A DNA stretch of 64,000 bases from an uncultured delta proteobacterium (lineage in GTDB: Bacteria > Myxococcota_A > UBA9160 > UBA4427), in NCBI GenBank assembly GCA_963822965.1, contig CAWGJT010000005.1, positions 480,001 to 544,000 of the forward strand. Direction: 5' to 3'. Every line of letters begins with the position of its first letter. Within the stretch, counting starts at the first letter, position 1. The notes under the pieces were generated by a model. The model worked only from the letters and a program-made list of their open reading frames with translations, did not search any database and was not told the DNA's origin. Both the position numbers and the translations under genes were made by a program. Shown in pieces: positions 48,577 to 59,725 of this stretch.

Positions 48577-50169
48577 TCAGACGCGGGGGCCGCCGCCTTC
48601 CTGGATCTGCCGCTGCACCTTGTCGTTCACCTGCCGTCGCCGCTCCTGCAGCTCGCGATGCGTCATGGCCTGCACGTCGTCCTGTACGCCGAGCCCGCGC
48701 CGGAAGCCGTCGAGATCGACGCTCGTCCCGCGCGGGTCGAGGCCCACGTCGCGCAGGATCTGCTCCGCGTGGTTGGCGACGAAGTAGCCGTAGATGCGGC
48801 CGATCTCGGCGAAGAGATCGAGATCCGGCGCGAGGGTGGCCACCGCGCTGTCGAGGAAGAGCAGGTTCTTCACGTACAGCATCAGGTGCTTGGGAAGCTT
48901 CGCGCCGTGGGCCAGCAGCCCCTTCAGCACGTCCTGGATCTCGGCCACGAGCTGCTCGCCCGAGAGCCGCGTCGGATCCAGGGTGGGCCGGTCGAGCCGC
49001 AGCACCCGTGCCAGCTCGTCGAGGTCAGCGTCCGGGGGCAACGCACCGAGATCCCGGAACGCCTCCAGCTGACCGCGCATGTCGTTCACCGCGCCGGTCA
49101 TCATCATGCGCAGGAACGCCAGGCGTTGGGGCTCCTCCATGCGGCCGGTGATTCCGAAGTCGAGCAGCGCGACGTGGCCCTCGGGCAGCACGAAGAGGTT
49201 GCCGCCGTGCAGGTCGCCGTGGAAGACCCCGTAGATCATGGCGCCCTCGAGAAACGAGATGAGCAGGGCGCGCAGCACCCCGGCGGTGTCGATCTCCGCG
49301 CGGCGCATGCCCTCCACGTCCTCGTAGCCGAAGCCCTCGAGTCGCTGCATGACGAGCACCCGGCGGGTCACCAGCTCGGGATGCGGTCGGGGCACCACCA
49401 CGGCGTGCTGCCCCGCCGCGCGCAGCACGCGGCCCACGTCGAGCATGTTCTGGGCCTCGAGACGGAAATCGAGCTCTTCGGTGATGGTCTCCGCGAAGAG
49501 CTCGACCAGCGCCGGCGGGTTGGCGAGCGCCGCCACCGGCAGGCGCCCCACCAGGAAGGGGGCGATCCAGGCCATGGCGGCCACGTCGCGCCGTACGAGG
49601 CTCGCCACCCGGGACCGCTGCACCTTCACGACGACCCGCTCGCCGCTGGCGAGCACCGCGGCGTGCACCTGGGCGATGGACGCCGACGCCAGGCACTGCG
49701 GTTCGAAGCGCGCGAAGATCGCCTCGAGGGGCGCTCCCAGGTCGGCCTCCACCACCGCACGCACGCGTTCGAAGGGCTCGGGCGGCACCTGGTCGCGGCA
49801 GCGCTTGAACTCCTCCACCAGCTCGTCGGGGAAGAGCCCCTTCCCCGACGAGACGATCTGTCCGAGCTTGATGTAGGTGGGGCCGAGGCGCTCGAAGACG
49901 ACGCGCAGGCGACGCGAGAGATCGCCGCGCGAGACCGGCCCCCCGACCCTCCGCGCACCCAGCCACCAGCGCAGCACCGCGAAGCCCGTCCCGACGCCCG
50001 CCTCCACGAAGCGGCCGAGGGGCGGCAGCCAGCGGCGGCCGACGAGGACCGGCACCTCCTGCCGGGTGCGCTCGCGCAGGGCCTCCAGGTCGCGCTGCCA
50101 CGGCAGCGGCCCGTCACCGAGGGTCCAGGGGCCCGTGTCGCTGAACGCGTATCGATCCCGGTCGCTCAT
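48577..50169 (-). CDS. ABC1/AarF/UbiB family kinase-like protein
   Basis: LGPTYIKLGQ, ASASIAQVH, VVVKVQR, EELDFRLEA, FHGDLHGGN, LLDFGI. Confidence 0.9.
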   Translation of the reverse strand: MSDRDRYAFSDTGPWTLGDGPLPWQRDLEALRERTRQEVPVLVGRRWLPPLGRFVEAGVGTGFAVLRWWLGARRVGGPVSRGDLSRRLRVVFERLGPTYIKLGQIVSSGKGLFPDELVEEFKRCRDQVPPEPFERVRAVVEADLGAPLEAIFARFEPQCLASASIAQVHAAVLASGERVVVKVQRSRVASLVRRDVAAMAWIAPFLVGRLPVAALANPPALVELFAETITEELDFRLEAQNMLDVGRVLRAAGQHAVVVPRPHPELVTRRVLVMQRLEGFGYEDVEGMRRAEIDTAGVLRALLISFLEGAMIYGVFHGDLHGGNLFVLPEGHVALLDFGITGRMEEPQRLAFLRMMMTGAVNDMRGQLEAFRDLGALPPDADLDELARVLRLDRPTLDPTRLSGEQLVAEIQDVLKGLLAHGAKLPKHLMLYVKNLLFLDSAVATLAPDLDLFAEIGRIYGYFVANHAEQILRDVGLDPRGTSVDLDGFRRGLGVQDDVQAMTHRELQERRRQVNDKVQRQIQEGGGPRV

Positions 50170-50249
50170 GCGGGGCCGAGAATAGCCGCCCCGACCCCGC
50201 CCACACGCACCGATAGCGCCCCGGACGGGATTCGGATATCCATGCGCCC

Positions 50250-51041
50250 ATGTCCGCAACCTCCGCGCCGAAGCCCCCGGTCGCCGTGCCGATCTCCGTC
50301 CAGCTCTACTCCCTCCGCGAGGAGGCCAACGCCGACTTCCCGTCGGTGATCGCGCGCCTGGGACGCGCGGGCTTCGTGGGGGTCGAGCCGGCCGGCCTGC
50401 ACGGGATGGCGCCGCGCGAGTTCCGACGGCGGGTGGAGGAGGCGGGCATGACCGTGAGCAGCTCGCACATCGCCCTGCCCGTGGGCGACGCGGCCGACGA
50501 GATCCTCGACCTGCAGGAGGAGATCGGGAGCCGGGACGTGGTGGTGGCCTTCCTGCCGCCCGACCGCTTCGGCGACGACGACCAGATCTTCGTCACCGCC
50601 GACCAGCTGAACCGGGCTCACGAGAACGTCAAGGGCCGTGGCATGCGCCTCGGCTACCACAACCACAACTGGGAGTTCGCGACGAAGGTCGACGGCCGCA
50701 CCGCACACGAGAGGCTCTTCGAGCAGCTGCACCCGGAGATCTTCGCCGAGGTCGACGTCTACTGGGCCCAGGTCGGCGGCAGCGATCCCGTCCGGGTGGT
50801 CGCGTCGCTCGGGCCCCGCGCGCGCCTGCTGCACATGAAGGACGGCCCGGCGAAGAGCCCGAAGAGCCCGATGACCGCCGCCGGCGAAGGCGCCGTCGAC
50901 CTGGCCGGCATCGCGCGCGCCGCCCCCCACGCAGCGTGGCACGTCGTCGAGCTCGACCGCTGTGCGACCGACATGTTCGAAGCCGTCGAGCGGAGCTACC
51001 GCTACCTCACGAGCCAGGGCATCTCGAAGGGCCGGGTATGA
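50250..51041 (+). CDS. Sugar phosphate isomerase/epimerase (xylose isomerase-like TIM barrel)
   Basis: VQLYSLR, GYHNHNWEF, EVDVYW, LHMKD, VVELD. Confidence 0.88.
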   Translation: MSATSAPKPPVAVPISVQLYSLREEANADFPSVIARLGRAGFVGVEPAGLHGMAPREFRRRVEEAGMTVSSSHIALPVGDAADEILDLQEEIGSRDVVVAFLPPDRFGDDDQIFVTADQLNRAHENVKGRGMRLGYHNHNWEFATKVDGRTAHERLFEQLHPEIFAEVDVYWAQVGGSDPVRVVASLGPRARLLHMKDGPAKSPKSPMTAAGEGAVDLAGIARAAPHAAWHVVELDRCATDMFEAVERSYRYLTSQGISKGRV

Positions 51042-52156
51042 CGCCCGGGAAGGCCCGGGCCACGGGGGTCGGGATCGTCGGCTGCGGCGTCATCAGCGAC
51101 GTGTACGCGCGCAAGCTCGCCTCGCTGCCCTTCGTGGAGCTGTTGGCGTGCGCGGACGTGATGCCCGAGCGGGCGCGGAAGCTGGCCGAGAAGCACGGAA
51201 TCCCGAAGGTGCTCGAGCCGGACGCGCTCCTCGCCGACGACGACGTCGAGGTGGTGGTCAACCTCACGATTCCCGCCGCCCACCATGCCGTGAGCCTGCA
51301 GGCGGTGGAGGCGGGCAAGTCCGTCTTCAGCGAGAAGCCCCTGGCGCTCGGCCTCGACGAGGCCCTCGCCCTCGGCAAGTCGGCGCGAGCCCGGGGCGTG
51401 CGCGTCGGCTGCGCGCCCGACACCTTCCTCGGCGCCGGTCTCCAGACCTGCCGGAAGCTCGTAGACGACGGCGCCATCGGCGAGCCCGTGGCCGCCAACG
51501 GCTTCATGCTCTCGCCCGGTCCGGAATCCTGGCATCCCGGCCCTTCCATCTTCTACCAGCGCGGCGCGGGCCCGCTCTTCGACATGGGTCCCTACTACCT
51601 GACCGCCCTCGTGCACCTGCTGGGGCCGGCCCGTCGGGTCACCGGCTCGGCCCGCATCACCCACGCGCAGCGCGAGATCGGCAGCGCGCCGCTGCGCGGG
51701 CAGAAGATGGACGTCGAGGTGCCCACCCACGTGGCGAGCGTGATCGACTTCGCGAGCGGGCCCGTCGGCCAGGTCACGACGAGCTTCGACGTGCAGGGCT
51801 CGAGGCTGCGAAACATCGAGATCTACGGCACCGAGGCCACCCTCGCCGTGCCGGACCCGAACACCTTCGGCGGGCCCGTGCAGATCCGCAAGCGCGGCGA
51901 ACGCGAGTGGAGCGAGGTCCCCCTGACCCACGGCAACGCGGAGCAGAGCCGGGGCATCGGGCTCGCGGACATGATCCGCGCGGTACAGGCCGGTCGCGCC
52001 CACCGGGCTTCGTTCGAGCTCTCCTGCCACGTCCTGGATCTGATGGAGTCGATCGTGCGGTCCTCGCACGAGGGCCGGCACGTGGCGCCGCGCACGACGT
52101 GCGAGCGACCGGCGCCGCTGCCGGCGGGCGCGGCCGACGACTCGTTCGGCGCGTGA
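51038..52156 (+). CDS. Gfo/Idh/MocA family oxidoreductase
   Basis: GIVGCGVIS, NLTIPAAH, SEKPL, CAPDTFLG, DMGPYY. ATGA-coupled to the upstream gene. Confidence 0.9.
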   Translation: MTPGKARATGVGIVGCGVISDVYARKLASLPFVELLACADVMPERARKLAEKHGIPKVLEPDALLADDDVEVVVNLTIPAAHHAVSLQAVEAGKSVFSEKPLALGLDEALALGKSARARGVRVGCAPDTFLGAGLQTCRKLVDDGAIGEPVAANGFMLSPGPESWHPGPSIFYQRGAGPLFDMGPYYLTALVHLLGPARRVTGSARITHAQREIGSAPLRGQKMDVEVPTHVASVIDFASGPVGQVTTSFDVQGSRLRNIEIYGTEATLAVPDPNTFGGPVQIRKRGEREWSEVPLTHGNAEQSRGIGLADMIRAVQAGRAHRASFELSCHVLDLMESIVRSSHEGRHVAPRTTCERPAPLPAGAADDSFGA

Positions 52157-52166
52157 TCGGCCGCCG

Positions 52167-53693
52167 ATGATCGATCGCGACCCCTCGGGCCTGGCCCTCG
52201 ACGACCTCACCCGGAAGCGCACCTGGGCCGAGCTCGCGGACCGAAGCGCGCGCATCGCGAGGCTCCTGCGCGAAGACCTCGGCCTCGCCCCGGGCGACCA
52301 CGCCGCCGTGCTGATGGCGAATCGGGTCGAGTGCGTGGAGCTGATGCTGGGCGCCATCCACGCGGGCGTCTGGCTCACGCCCATCAACTGGCACCTCAAC
52401 CGGGAGGAGATCGCCTACGTGGTGGCCGACTCCACCGCCAGGGTCGTCTTCACGGACGCCGGACACGAGGCCACCGCCCGCGCCTGCGGTCCGGAAGCCG
52501 TCCTCGTCGCCGGGGAAGAGCTCGACGCCGCCATCGCATCGGCCCGCGACGAGCCCATGGACCCGGAAGGCCCCGCTGGCGGCCCGATGATCTACACCAG
52601 CGGAACGACGGGCCGACCCAAGGGCGTGCGCCGCTACCGGCCGCCCACCCTCGAACGCGCCCTCGCGGCCCAGCGCGCGGGCGGCGCCGCCATCGGCCTC
52701 GACGGAGCCGGCCCGCACCTCGTCACCGGTCCCGGCTACCACGCCGCGCCCCTCATGTTCGCCGTCTACGACCAGATGAACGGCGCACCCATCGTCATCG
52801 TGCCCTCCTGGAACGACGCCCAGGCGCTCCAGCTGCTGCAGGAACGCGAGATCGCGCACACGCACCTGGTGCCGACCATGTTCGTGCGCCTGCTGCGTCT
52901 GCCCGACGAGGCCCGGACCGGCTTCCACGCTCCCGCCCTGCGCCTCGTGCTCCACGGCGCGGCGCCGGTCTCCCGCGCCGTCAAGCAGCGAATGATCGAC
53001 TGGTGGGGACCCGTGCTCGTCGAGTACTGGGGGGCGACCGAGAGCGGCGTCATCACCCTCGCCAGCTCCCAGGAGTGGCTCGAGCACCCGGAGACCGTGG
53101 GCCGTGTGCTCCCGAGCTTCGAGGTCTTCGCGGTGGACGACGAGGGACGGCGCCTTCCCCCGGGCGCGACGGGCCTCCTGTACGCACGCCACCACGAGAT
53201 CGACGAGCTCTTCGAGTACCACGAAGATCCGGACAAGACGGCCGCGAGCAAGCTGCCGGGCGACGCCGCCGCCGGCGCCTTCACCATCGGGGACATCGGC
53301 CGGGTCGAAGCCGACGGCTTCGTCTACCTGGCGGACCGCCAGTCCCACACGATCATCTCGGGCGGCGTGAACATCTACCCCGCCGAGATCGAGCACGTCC
53401 TGCAGGAACATCCCAGCGTCGCGGACGTGGCGGTCTTCGGCGTGCCCGACGACGAGTGGGGCGAGAGCGTGAAGGCGGCCGTGGAGCTGGTGGCGGGCGC
53501 GGCGCCCGCGTCCCCCGAGCAGGAAGCGGCGCTCGCCGCAGAGCTGCTGGCCTTCGCGCGCGAGCGGCTGGCCGGCTACAAGGTGCCCCGCTCCATCGAC
53601 TTCGAGGAAGCACTGCCTCGCCACTCCTCGGGCAAGCTCTACGTGCGCACCCTGCGCGAGAAGTACTGGGCCGGACGCGAGCGGCGGATCTAG
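52167..53693 (+). CDS. Acyl-CoA synthetase (AMP-binding)
   Basis: [44 protein letters not shown]. Confidence 0.9.
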   Translation: MIDRDPSGLALDDLTRKRTWAELADRSARIARLLREDLGLAPGDHAAVLMANRVECVELMLGAIHAGVWLTPINWHLNREEIAYVVADSTARVVFTDAGHEATARACGPEAVLVAGEELDAAIASARDEPMDPEGPAGGPMIYTSGTTGRPKGVRRYRPPTLERALAAQRAGGAAIGLDGAGPHLVTGPGYHAAPLMFAVYDQMNGAPIVIVPSWNDAQALQLLQEREIAHTHLVPTMFVRLLRLPDEARTGFHAPALRLVLHGAAPVSRAVKQRMIDWWGPVLVEYWGATESGVITLASSQEWLEHPETVGRVLPSFEVFAVDDEGRRLPPGATGLLYARHHEIDELFEYHEDPDKTAASKLPGDAAAGAFTIGDIGRVEADGFVYLADRQSHTIISGGVNIYPAEIEHVLQEHPSVADVAVFGVPDDEWGESVKAAVELVAGAAPASPEQEAALAAELLAFARERLAGYKVPRSIDFEEALPRHSSGKLYVRTLREKYWAGRERRI

Positions 53694-54805
53694 ATTCGTT
53701 CCCAGCGGCGGGACGCGCTGGACCGCTCGATGGCTTCGAGCACCTGCTGGTTGCGCAGGCCGTCCGCGAAGCTCGGCGTCACCGGCTCGCCGGTCGCGAT
53801 CGCGCGCAGGAGCTCGAGCACGGTGTGCACGAAGGTGTGCTCGAAGCCCAGGATGTGGCCGGGGGGCCACCAGGCGGACACGTAGGGATGCTCGGGCGCC
53901 GTGGCGAGCACCGTGCGGAAGCCGCTCTGCGGCCCCTCGTTCGTATAGAGCGCGATCTCGTTCATGCGCTCGAGATCGAAGGCCAGGCTTCCCTCGCTGC
54001 CGTTGATCTCGAAGCGGTTCCAGTTCTTGCGGCCGGGCGCGAAGCGGGAGCCCTCGACGCTGCCGACGGCGCCGTCCTCGAAGCGCAGCAGGGCCAGGGC
54101 GGCGTCGTCCACGTCGACCGGCGCCCTGCCGCCGCCTTCCGGGAGCGGTCGCTCGGGGACGAAGGTCTCGAGCAGACCGCACACCTCGCGGATCTCGCCC
54201 ACCAGGTAGCGGGCCAGGTCGATGGAGTGGGAGGCGATGTCGCCCAGGGCGCCCGAGCCGGCCCGGCTCTTCTCCAGGCGCCAGACGCGCGGGAACTGCG
54301 GGTCGACGATCCAGTCCTGCAGATAGGTCCCGCGATAGTGGCGGATGCGGCCGATGCGGCCCTCGTCGATCCACTGGCGCGCCAGGGCCACGGCGGGAGC
54401 CCTGCGGTAGTTGTGGCAGATCATGTGGACGACGCCGGCCGCCTGCACCGCGTCGAGCATGGCGCGGGCGCCGCGCACGTCGTTGGCCAGGGGCTTCTCG
54501 CAGAGCACGTGCTTGCCCGCCCGGGCCGCCGCGACGGCGATCTCCTCGTGGGAGTCTCCCGGCGTGCAGACGTCCACCACGTCCACGTCCTTCCGGGCGA
54601 CCACCTCCTGCCAGGACGTGGCGTGCTCCGCCCAGCCCAGGCGGGCCGCCGCGGCCTTCACCCGGGCCTCGTTGCGGCCGCAGACCACCTGCATGACGGG
54701 CTCCACGGGCAGGTCGAAGAAGCGCCCCACCTGGCGCCAGGCGTTGCTGTGGGCGCGGCCCATGAACTCGTAGCCGATCATCGCGACGCGCACGGGCGTG
54801 CTCAC
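53690..54805 (-). CDS. Gfo/Idh/MocA family oxidoreductase
   Basis: [40 protein letters not shown] start overlaps the upstream TGA. Confidence 0.9.
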   Translation of the reverse strand: MSTPVRVAMIGYEFMGRAHSNAWRQVGRFFDLPVEPVMQVVCGRNEARVKAAAARLGWAEHATSWQEVVARKDVDVVDVCTPGDSHEEIAVAAARAGKHVLCEKPLANDVRGARAMLDAVQAAGVVHMICHNYRRAPAVALARQWIDEGRIGRIRHYRGTYLQDWIVDPQFPRVWRLEKSRAGSGALGDIASHSIDLARYLVGEIREVCGLLETFVPERPLPEGGGRAPVDVDDAALALLRFEDGAVGSVEGSRFAPGRKNWNRFEINGSEGSLAFDLERMNEIALYTNEGPQSGFRTVLATAPEHPYVSAWWPPGHILGFEHTFVHTVLELLRAIATGEPVTPSFADGLRNQQVLEAIERSSASRRWERI

Positions 54806-56052
54806 GAGCGATAGGCCTCTCGGCCCCGGCCCTGCACGGGGATGCCCTGGGCGGGCAACACCTCGTGCTGCAGCGCGTACATGCAGGCCGCCGCCTCGTC
54901 GATCCGACGCGTGAACGCCATCGAGGCCTTCAGGATGGGCAGCAGGGCCGCGCGGTCCTGCACCCGCGCCGGACCGTACTCGTGCTCGACGATGAGCGCG
55001 GTCTTCTCGACGTCCAGATCGAGCAGCTCGCGTGCCGCCAGCTGGTGGTCCAGCCAGTCGACGCTGCGGTTCTGGAGATAGGCCAGGGGATCGTGGCGCG
55101 CGGTGCCGGGGAGCTCGTGCTCGCAGATCGCCGTCTGCTTCTTCCAGGCGTTGGCGTGGTCCTTCGGGTCCGGGGAGACCGCGCCGTCCTTCCAGTCGCC
55201 ACGCTCCATGGTCTGGCCCCCGTAGCCCCAGGCCGCCATGCCCCGCGCGTCGATCACCTGCCCCTTCACGTGGAATCCCTCGACGAGAAACGCATAGCCT
55301 TCGTCGCGCAGGTACTGGAAGATCGACCGCGTGTCCTGGCCCATCAGGATGGCATGGGACGGGTCGTAGTGGATGCGGAACACGTCGCCCACACCGTGTC
55401 GCTCGCAGATGCGATGCAGCGCGATCCAGGCGCCGGGCGTGTAGGCAATGTTGTTGTGGAACGAATCGTCCGTCGTCCAGCCGGGCATCGGGCACTGCTC
55501 GACGCGATAGGAGAGGCCGCGGTCGCGCGCCGCCTGGAGCAGCGGAACGAACACCTCCTCGAAGAGGCCGCGGTTCGCCTCGACGGTGCGCTCCTGGCTC
55601 TTGCCCACGAAGCCGCACACCGCCGGAACGCCCAGCAGCACCGCCGCGTCGAAGACGCGCAGCATGAACTCGTGCTTGCGCGCCCGGATCGCCGGATCGG
55701 CGTGGAGCATGTTGTCGAAGTAGCCGAGATCGGCGATCCCGACACCCGTCTCCTTCACCGCCGCGAGCACGCGGTCGGCCCGCCGGCGATCGAACGGTGC
55801 CCGCAGATCCAGGGTGTTCGCGACGGGGTCGAGCATCGCCTCGGGCGGCACGTCGGCCCGGCTCGGATGCAGCGCCGACGAGAGCTGGATCTCGTCGGCG
55901 TCGAGATCCCGGGCGAAGTCGAGCCAGTCCTCGATGGCCCGGTCGGGATCCGGGTCGCGCACGTCGCGCGGGGTCAGCTCCTGCAGGGCGGCGGTCAGCA
56001 CGCCCAGGCGCATGAAGCGCGGCTCGAAGGGCCGAACGGTCGCTTCCGGCAT
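54802..56052 (-). CDS. Sugar phosphate isomerase/epimerase-like TIM-barrel protein
   Basis: [30 protein letters not shown] metal-binding pattern. Confidence 0.8.
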   Translation of the reverse strand: MPEATVRPFEPRFMRLGVLTAALQELTPRDVRDPDPDRAIEDWLDFARDLDADEIQLSSALHPSRADVPPEAMLDPVANTLDLRAPFDRRRADRVLAAVKETGVGIADLGYFDNMLHADPAIRARKHEFMLRVFDAAVLLGVPAVCGFVGKSQERTVEANRGLFEEVFVPLLQAARDRGLSYRVEQCPMPGWTTDDSFHNNIAYTPGAWIALHRICERHGVGDVFRIHYDPSHAILMGQDTRSIFQYLRDEGYAFLVEGFHVKGQVIDARGMAAWGYGGQTMERGDWKDGAVSPDPKDHANAWKKQTAICEHELPGTARHDPLAYLQNRSVDWLDHQLAARELLDLDVEKTALIVEHEYGPARVQDRAALLPILKASMAFTRRIDEAAACMYALQHEVLPAQGIPVQGRGREAYRS

Positions 56053-56087
56053 GCTGGCACGATAGCGCCCGGGTAGCCTTCCGTCCG

Positions 56088-57242
56088 ATGAGCGACGACA
56101 TCCCCATCCGCACCCCCGCGCGCGCCGCCGAGGTGGCGTGGTTCAGCGGCCTCTGCAACGACGACTTCGAGACCCTGGGCGTGCCCGACGGAGCACTGCG
56201 CAGCAGCTTTGCCCACTGCGCGGACATCGTGCGGACCGCCGACCGCCTCGGCTACCAGAACATCCTGCTGCCTTCGTCCTACCAGGTCGGCCAGGACACC
56301 CTGACCTTCGCCGCGGGAGTGGCGCCCTCGACCCGGCAGATCAGCCTGCTCACGGCAGTGCGCGGCGGCGAGGTGCACCCGCCCATGCTGGCCCGCGCCC
56401 TGGCCACCCTGGACCACCTGCTCGAGGGGAGGCTCACGGTCAACGTCATCAGCTCGGATCTGCCGGGCATGTCGCTCTCCTCGGAAGCTCGCTACCAGAA
56501 GTCCCGGGAGATGATCGAGATCCTGAAGCAGGCGTGGACCCGGGACCGCATCGAGCACCACGGCGAGTTCTGGGACCTCGACCTGCCCGCCGAGCCCGTG
56601 AAGCCCTGGCAGCAGAACGGCGGCCCCCTGCTCTACTTCGGCGGCATCTCCGACGGAGCACGCGACCTGTGCGCCGAGCACTGCGACGTCTTCCTCATGT
56701 GGCCCGAGACCGAAGCGCAGATCGCCGCGACCATGCAGGACCTGGGTCGTCGCGCGGCGCGCTACGGCCGGCGGATCGACTTCGGCTACCGGGTGCACGT
56801 GATCGTGCGCGAGACGGAGACGGAAGCCCGCGAGGCCGCACGACGACTCGTCTCCCGGCTCGACGACGAGGTGGGCCGGGCCATCAAGGCGCGGGCCCTC
56901 GACGCCGGCAGCGCGGGCGTCGCACGGCAGGACGCCCTGCGCGAGACCGCCGACGAGGAGGGCTACATCGAGCCCCACCTCTGGAGCGGCATCGGACGCG
57001 CGCGCTCGGGATGCGGCAGCGCCATCGTGGGCGACCCGGACCAGGTCCGCGCCAAGCTCGAGCGCTACCTGGATCTCGGCATCCGCGCGTTCATCCTCTC
57101 GGGCTATCCGCTGCGGGACGAGTGCGAGCTCTTCGCGCGCTACGTGCTGCCGGACCTGCCGACCTTCCGGCTGGCAGACGTGCACGGTCGCCGCCCGCCG
57201 GAGACGCCGAAGACGCCCCTCACTACCGGGCTGCGCCGCTGA
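56088..57242 (+). CDS. LLM-class flavin-dependent monooxygenase (SsuD-like)
   Basis: [39 protein letters not shown]. Confidence 0.85.
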   Translation: MSDDIPIRTPARAAEVAWFSGLCNDDFETLGVPDGALRSSFAHCADIVRTADRLGYQNILLPSSYQVGQDTLTFAAGVAPSTRQISLLTAVRGGEVHPPMLARALATLDHLLEGRLTVNVISSDLPGMSLSSEARYQKSREMIEILKQAWTRDRIEHHGEFWDLDLPAEPVKPWQQNGGPLLYFGGISDGARDLCAEHCDVFLMWPETEAQIAATMQDLGRRAARYGRRIDFGYRVHVIVRETETEAREAARRLVSRLDDEVGRAIKARALDAGSAGVARQDALRETADEEGYIEPHLWSGIGRARSGCGSAIVGDPDQVRAKLERYLDLGIRAFILSGYPLRDECELFARYVLPDLPTFRLADVHGRRPPETPKTPLTTGLRR

Positions 57243-57251
57243 ATCCCGCCA

Positions 57252-57541
57252 TCAAGGCGAAGTGACACCGACGGTGAGCGGCAGACGGCTGAAGCTGCCG
57301 ATCACTCCGATCACCTCGTCCCGAGTTCCCTGGCAGCTGAAGCCGAAGCTCGAGCTGACCGAGGCGCCGTTCCCGAAGGCTCCGCCTTCGTTCCTGACGG
57401 GTCCAATGGTGCAGCTCGGCGAGACCTGGGTCAGTACGCGTGCGATGTGCCGTCACAGATCGCCGTCAGCGCGCCGAGATCCGCCGGAACGTCGGTGGAG
57501 CTGTCGGAGAGCGTGTTGAAGCCTTGCGGTCCGTGAACACA
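57252..57541 (-). pseudogene. Frameshifted coding remnant without a start codon
   Basis: GC3-biased frames CVHGPQGFNTLSDSSTDVPADLGALTAICDGTSH, then (shifted) VLTQVSPSCTIGPVRNEGGAFGNGASVSSSFGFSCQGTRDEVIGVIGSFSRLPLTVGVTSP-stop. Confidence 0.45.
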
Positions 57542-58312
57542 CTAGGCGCGGTGGCGTCGCGCCAGGGCGACGAAGACCGAAGACCCGGATTCGGCCGGAG
57601 CGCCTTCGGGCGTCCAGAACGTCACCGGGTCGAAGCCCGCGTCCCGCAGCATCTCGCGGAACTGCTCCTGGGACCAGAACCGCTTGCGCCAGTCGCGCTC
57701 CACGACCTCGGGCTCGCCCTTCGCCGGGAGGCGCTCGTAGCGGAGGCGATGGGAGAGGCTGCGGCCGTCCGCGCTCGCCTCCAGGGCGACCATGCCCACG
57801 CGCAGGCGGTCGCCGGCCGCCGTCGTGACCTCCCGGAAGCGACCGAGAGCCCTTCGGATCGTCTGGGGGTCCTCGACCTCCAGCGGGATCAGCGCCGAGC
57901 CCCCGGGCTCGAGGTGCGCGTGGATGCAACGGAGCGCCTTCGCCGCGTCCTCGTCCGAGGTCAGCAGGGTGAAGCTCGCGCCCGCCAGGAAGATCGATCG
58001 ATAGCGGCGCGGCAGCGAGAAGGACTGCATCCGTCCGAGATGGAGCGCGACGTCCAGCCCCTGCGCCGCGGCCCGCGCCCGGCAGCGGTCGAGCATGTCC
58101 TGGGAGGCGTCGAGCCCGTCGACCTCGTATCCACGGCCCACCAGCTCCACCAACGGCAGACCGGATCCGCAGCAGAGCTCGAGCGCGGGCGTGCCGGAGC
58201 GTTCGAGGAACGGAACGTAGTCGTCGGCGCACGCGCGCTCCGACACCAGGGGCTCGTAGAGCTCGGCGACGAGCCCCGTGTAGAACTGGGAGTCCGAGTC
58301 GACGGGGTCCAT
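57542..58312 (-). CDS. Class I SAM-dependent methyltransferase
   Basis: ALELCCGSG motif I, GLDASQDML, HLEPGG. Confidence 0.88.
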   Translation of the reverse strand: MDPVDSDSQFYTGLVAELYEPLVSERACADDYVPFLERSGTPALELCCGSGLPLVELVGRGYEVDGLDASQDMLDRCRARAAAQGLDVALHLGRMQSFSLPRRYRSIFLAGASFTLLTSDEDAAKALRCIHAHLEPGGSALIPLEVEDPQTIRRALGRFREVTTAAGDRLRVGMVALEASADGRSLSHRLRYERLPAKGEPEVVERDWRKRFWSQEQFREMLRDAGFDPVTFWTPEGAPAESGSSVFVALARRHRA

Positions 58313-58524
58313 GGATGCGGGGCGGGGCGGATCTACCCGCGGCGAGCGTGCGGTTCGCGGAGCCGGGCGATCGCGTCGACCCCGGCTCCACGCGTGCGGC
58401 GGACGATTCGGTGCATCGGGGCCTCCCCCTCCGGTCGTCGACGCGCTCCGACACCGTCACCGACGAGAGTAGTTCCCCGCCGGCCGGCTGTCCTGTCGCG
58501 CGGGGACGCACTACTGTAGGGCCC

Positions 58525-59481
58525 ATGCCGGCCGAAGCGTCTGCTCCCACGGCAGAGGAGCTCACCTGGTACGCCCAGCCGGGGCCCCTCACCGACCTGC
58601 ACGCCTTCGGCGACGCGCTCGCCGGCCTTCCCCGGGACCTCGCCTCCCTCTGCGGCGTCGTCCAGGGCTTGCTCCTGCACGGCCATCTGGGACCTCTGTA
58701 CGGGCTCAGCCTGGACGAGGAGCGGCGCCAGCGCGAGCTCAACCTTCGTGGGGCGGACGAGCGACTCGCCGCCCTGCTCGCGGGGGACGACCGCCCCCTC
58801 ACCGCGGCGCGCCCGCCCGCCGAGCGACAGCTCGGCACCTGTCGCGACTTCGCGCTGCTGCTCTGCGCGCTGCTGCGCTCGCAGGGACGACCCGCGCGCG
58901 CCCGCTGTGGCTTCGGCGGCTACTTCGTGCCCGGACGCTACGAGGACCACTGGGTGTGCGAGGTGTGGGACGAAGCCGCCCTCCGCTGGCGCCTCGTCGA
59001 CGCCCAGATCGACGACGTCCAGCGCCGCCACTTCGGCCCGAAGGACCCGCTCGACGTGACCCGGGAGGAGTTCGTCGTGGGCGGCGACGCCTGGAGCGCG
59101 TGCCGCTCGGGCCGGCTCGACGCGAGCCGGTTCGGCCTGACCAACATCCACGAGTCGGGTCTGTGGTTCGTCTGCGGTGACTTCGTCCGGGACGTCGCCG
59201 CTCTCAACAAGGCGGAGCTGCTGCCCTGGGACGTGTGGGGCGTGATGATCCAGCCCGGGATGGGCGAGGAGGCCTTCGCGCTCGACGCCGACGAGGTGAT
59301 TGCACGGCTCCCAGCCGACGACGTCGCCGAGCTCGACCGGGTGGCCGGCCTGGCCTCGCACCCGGTGGACTTCGACGCCATGCGCGCGGCCTACGAGGAC
59401 CGCCGCTGGCGGGTGCCTGCGAGTCACCCGGCCTTCGCCGGGCGGGCGCCCGAAGAGGCCGCGGCCGGTCTCGAGGCGTAG
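58525..59481 (+). CDS. Transglutaminase-like domain protein
   Basis: GTCRDFALL (Cys), ARARCGF, EDHWVCE (His), LVDAQ (Asp). Confidence 0.85.
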   Translation: MPAEASAPTAEELTWYAQPGPLTDLHAFGDALAGLPRDLASLCGVVQGLLLHGHLGPLYGLSLDEERRQRELNLRGADERLAALLAGDDRPLTAARPPAERQLGTCRDFALLLCALLRSQGRPARARCGFGGYFVPGRYEDHWVCEVWDEAALRWRLVDAQIDDVQRRHFGPKDPLDVTREEFVVGGDAWSACRSGRLDASRFGLTNIHESGLWFVCGDFVRDVAALNKAELLPWDVWGVMIQPGMGEEAFALDADEVIARLPADDVAELDRVAGLASHPVDFDAMRAAYEDRRWRVPASHPAFAGRAPEEAAAGLEA

Positions 59482-59485
59482 CGCG

Positions 59486-59725
59486 CTACCGGCCGCGCAG
59501 GATCTCCTCTCGCTCGCGCCGATACTCGTCCTCCGAGACGAGCCTCTCGGCCTTGCGGCCGTCGAGATCGCGAAGACGCGCGACGACGCCCGGCTGGTAC
59601 ACGTCGATCTCGATCCGACGGTCCTCGGGGGTCGCTGGGCAGGGCGCGCGCTCCCCGAACGCGCCCTCGGGCGCGAGCTGCGCGTAGAGGTGGGCGGCAA
59701 TCCGGTCGAAGGTGCGATCGCAGCC
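59486..59725 (-). pseudogene. 79-codon open frame with SHOCT-like C-terminus, directly after the thiolase TAG
   Basis: GCDRTFDRIAAHLYAQL...VVARLRDLDGRKAERLVSEDEYRREREEILRGR-stop. GC3-biased codons, no ATG. Confidence 0.5.
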
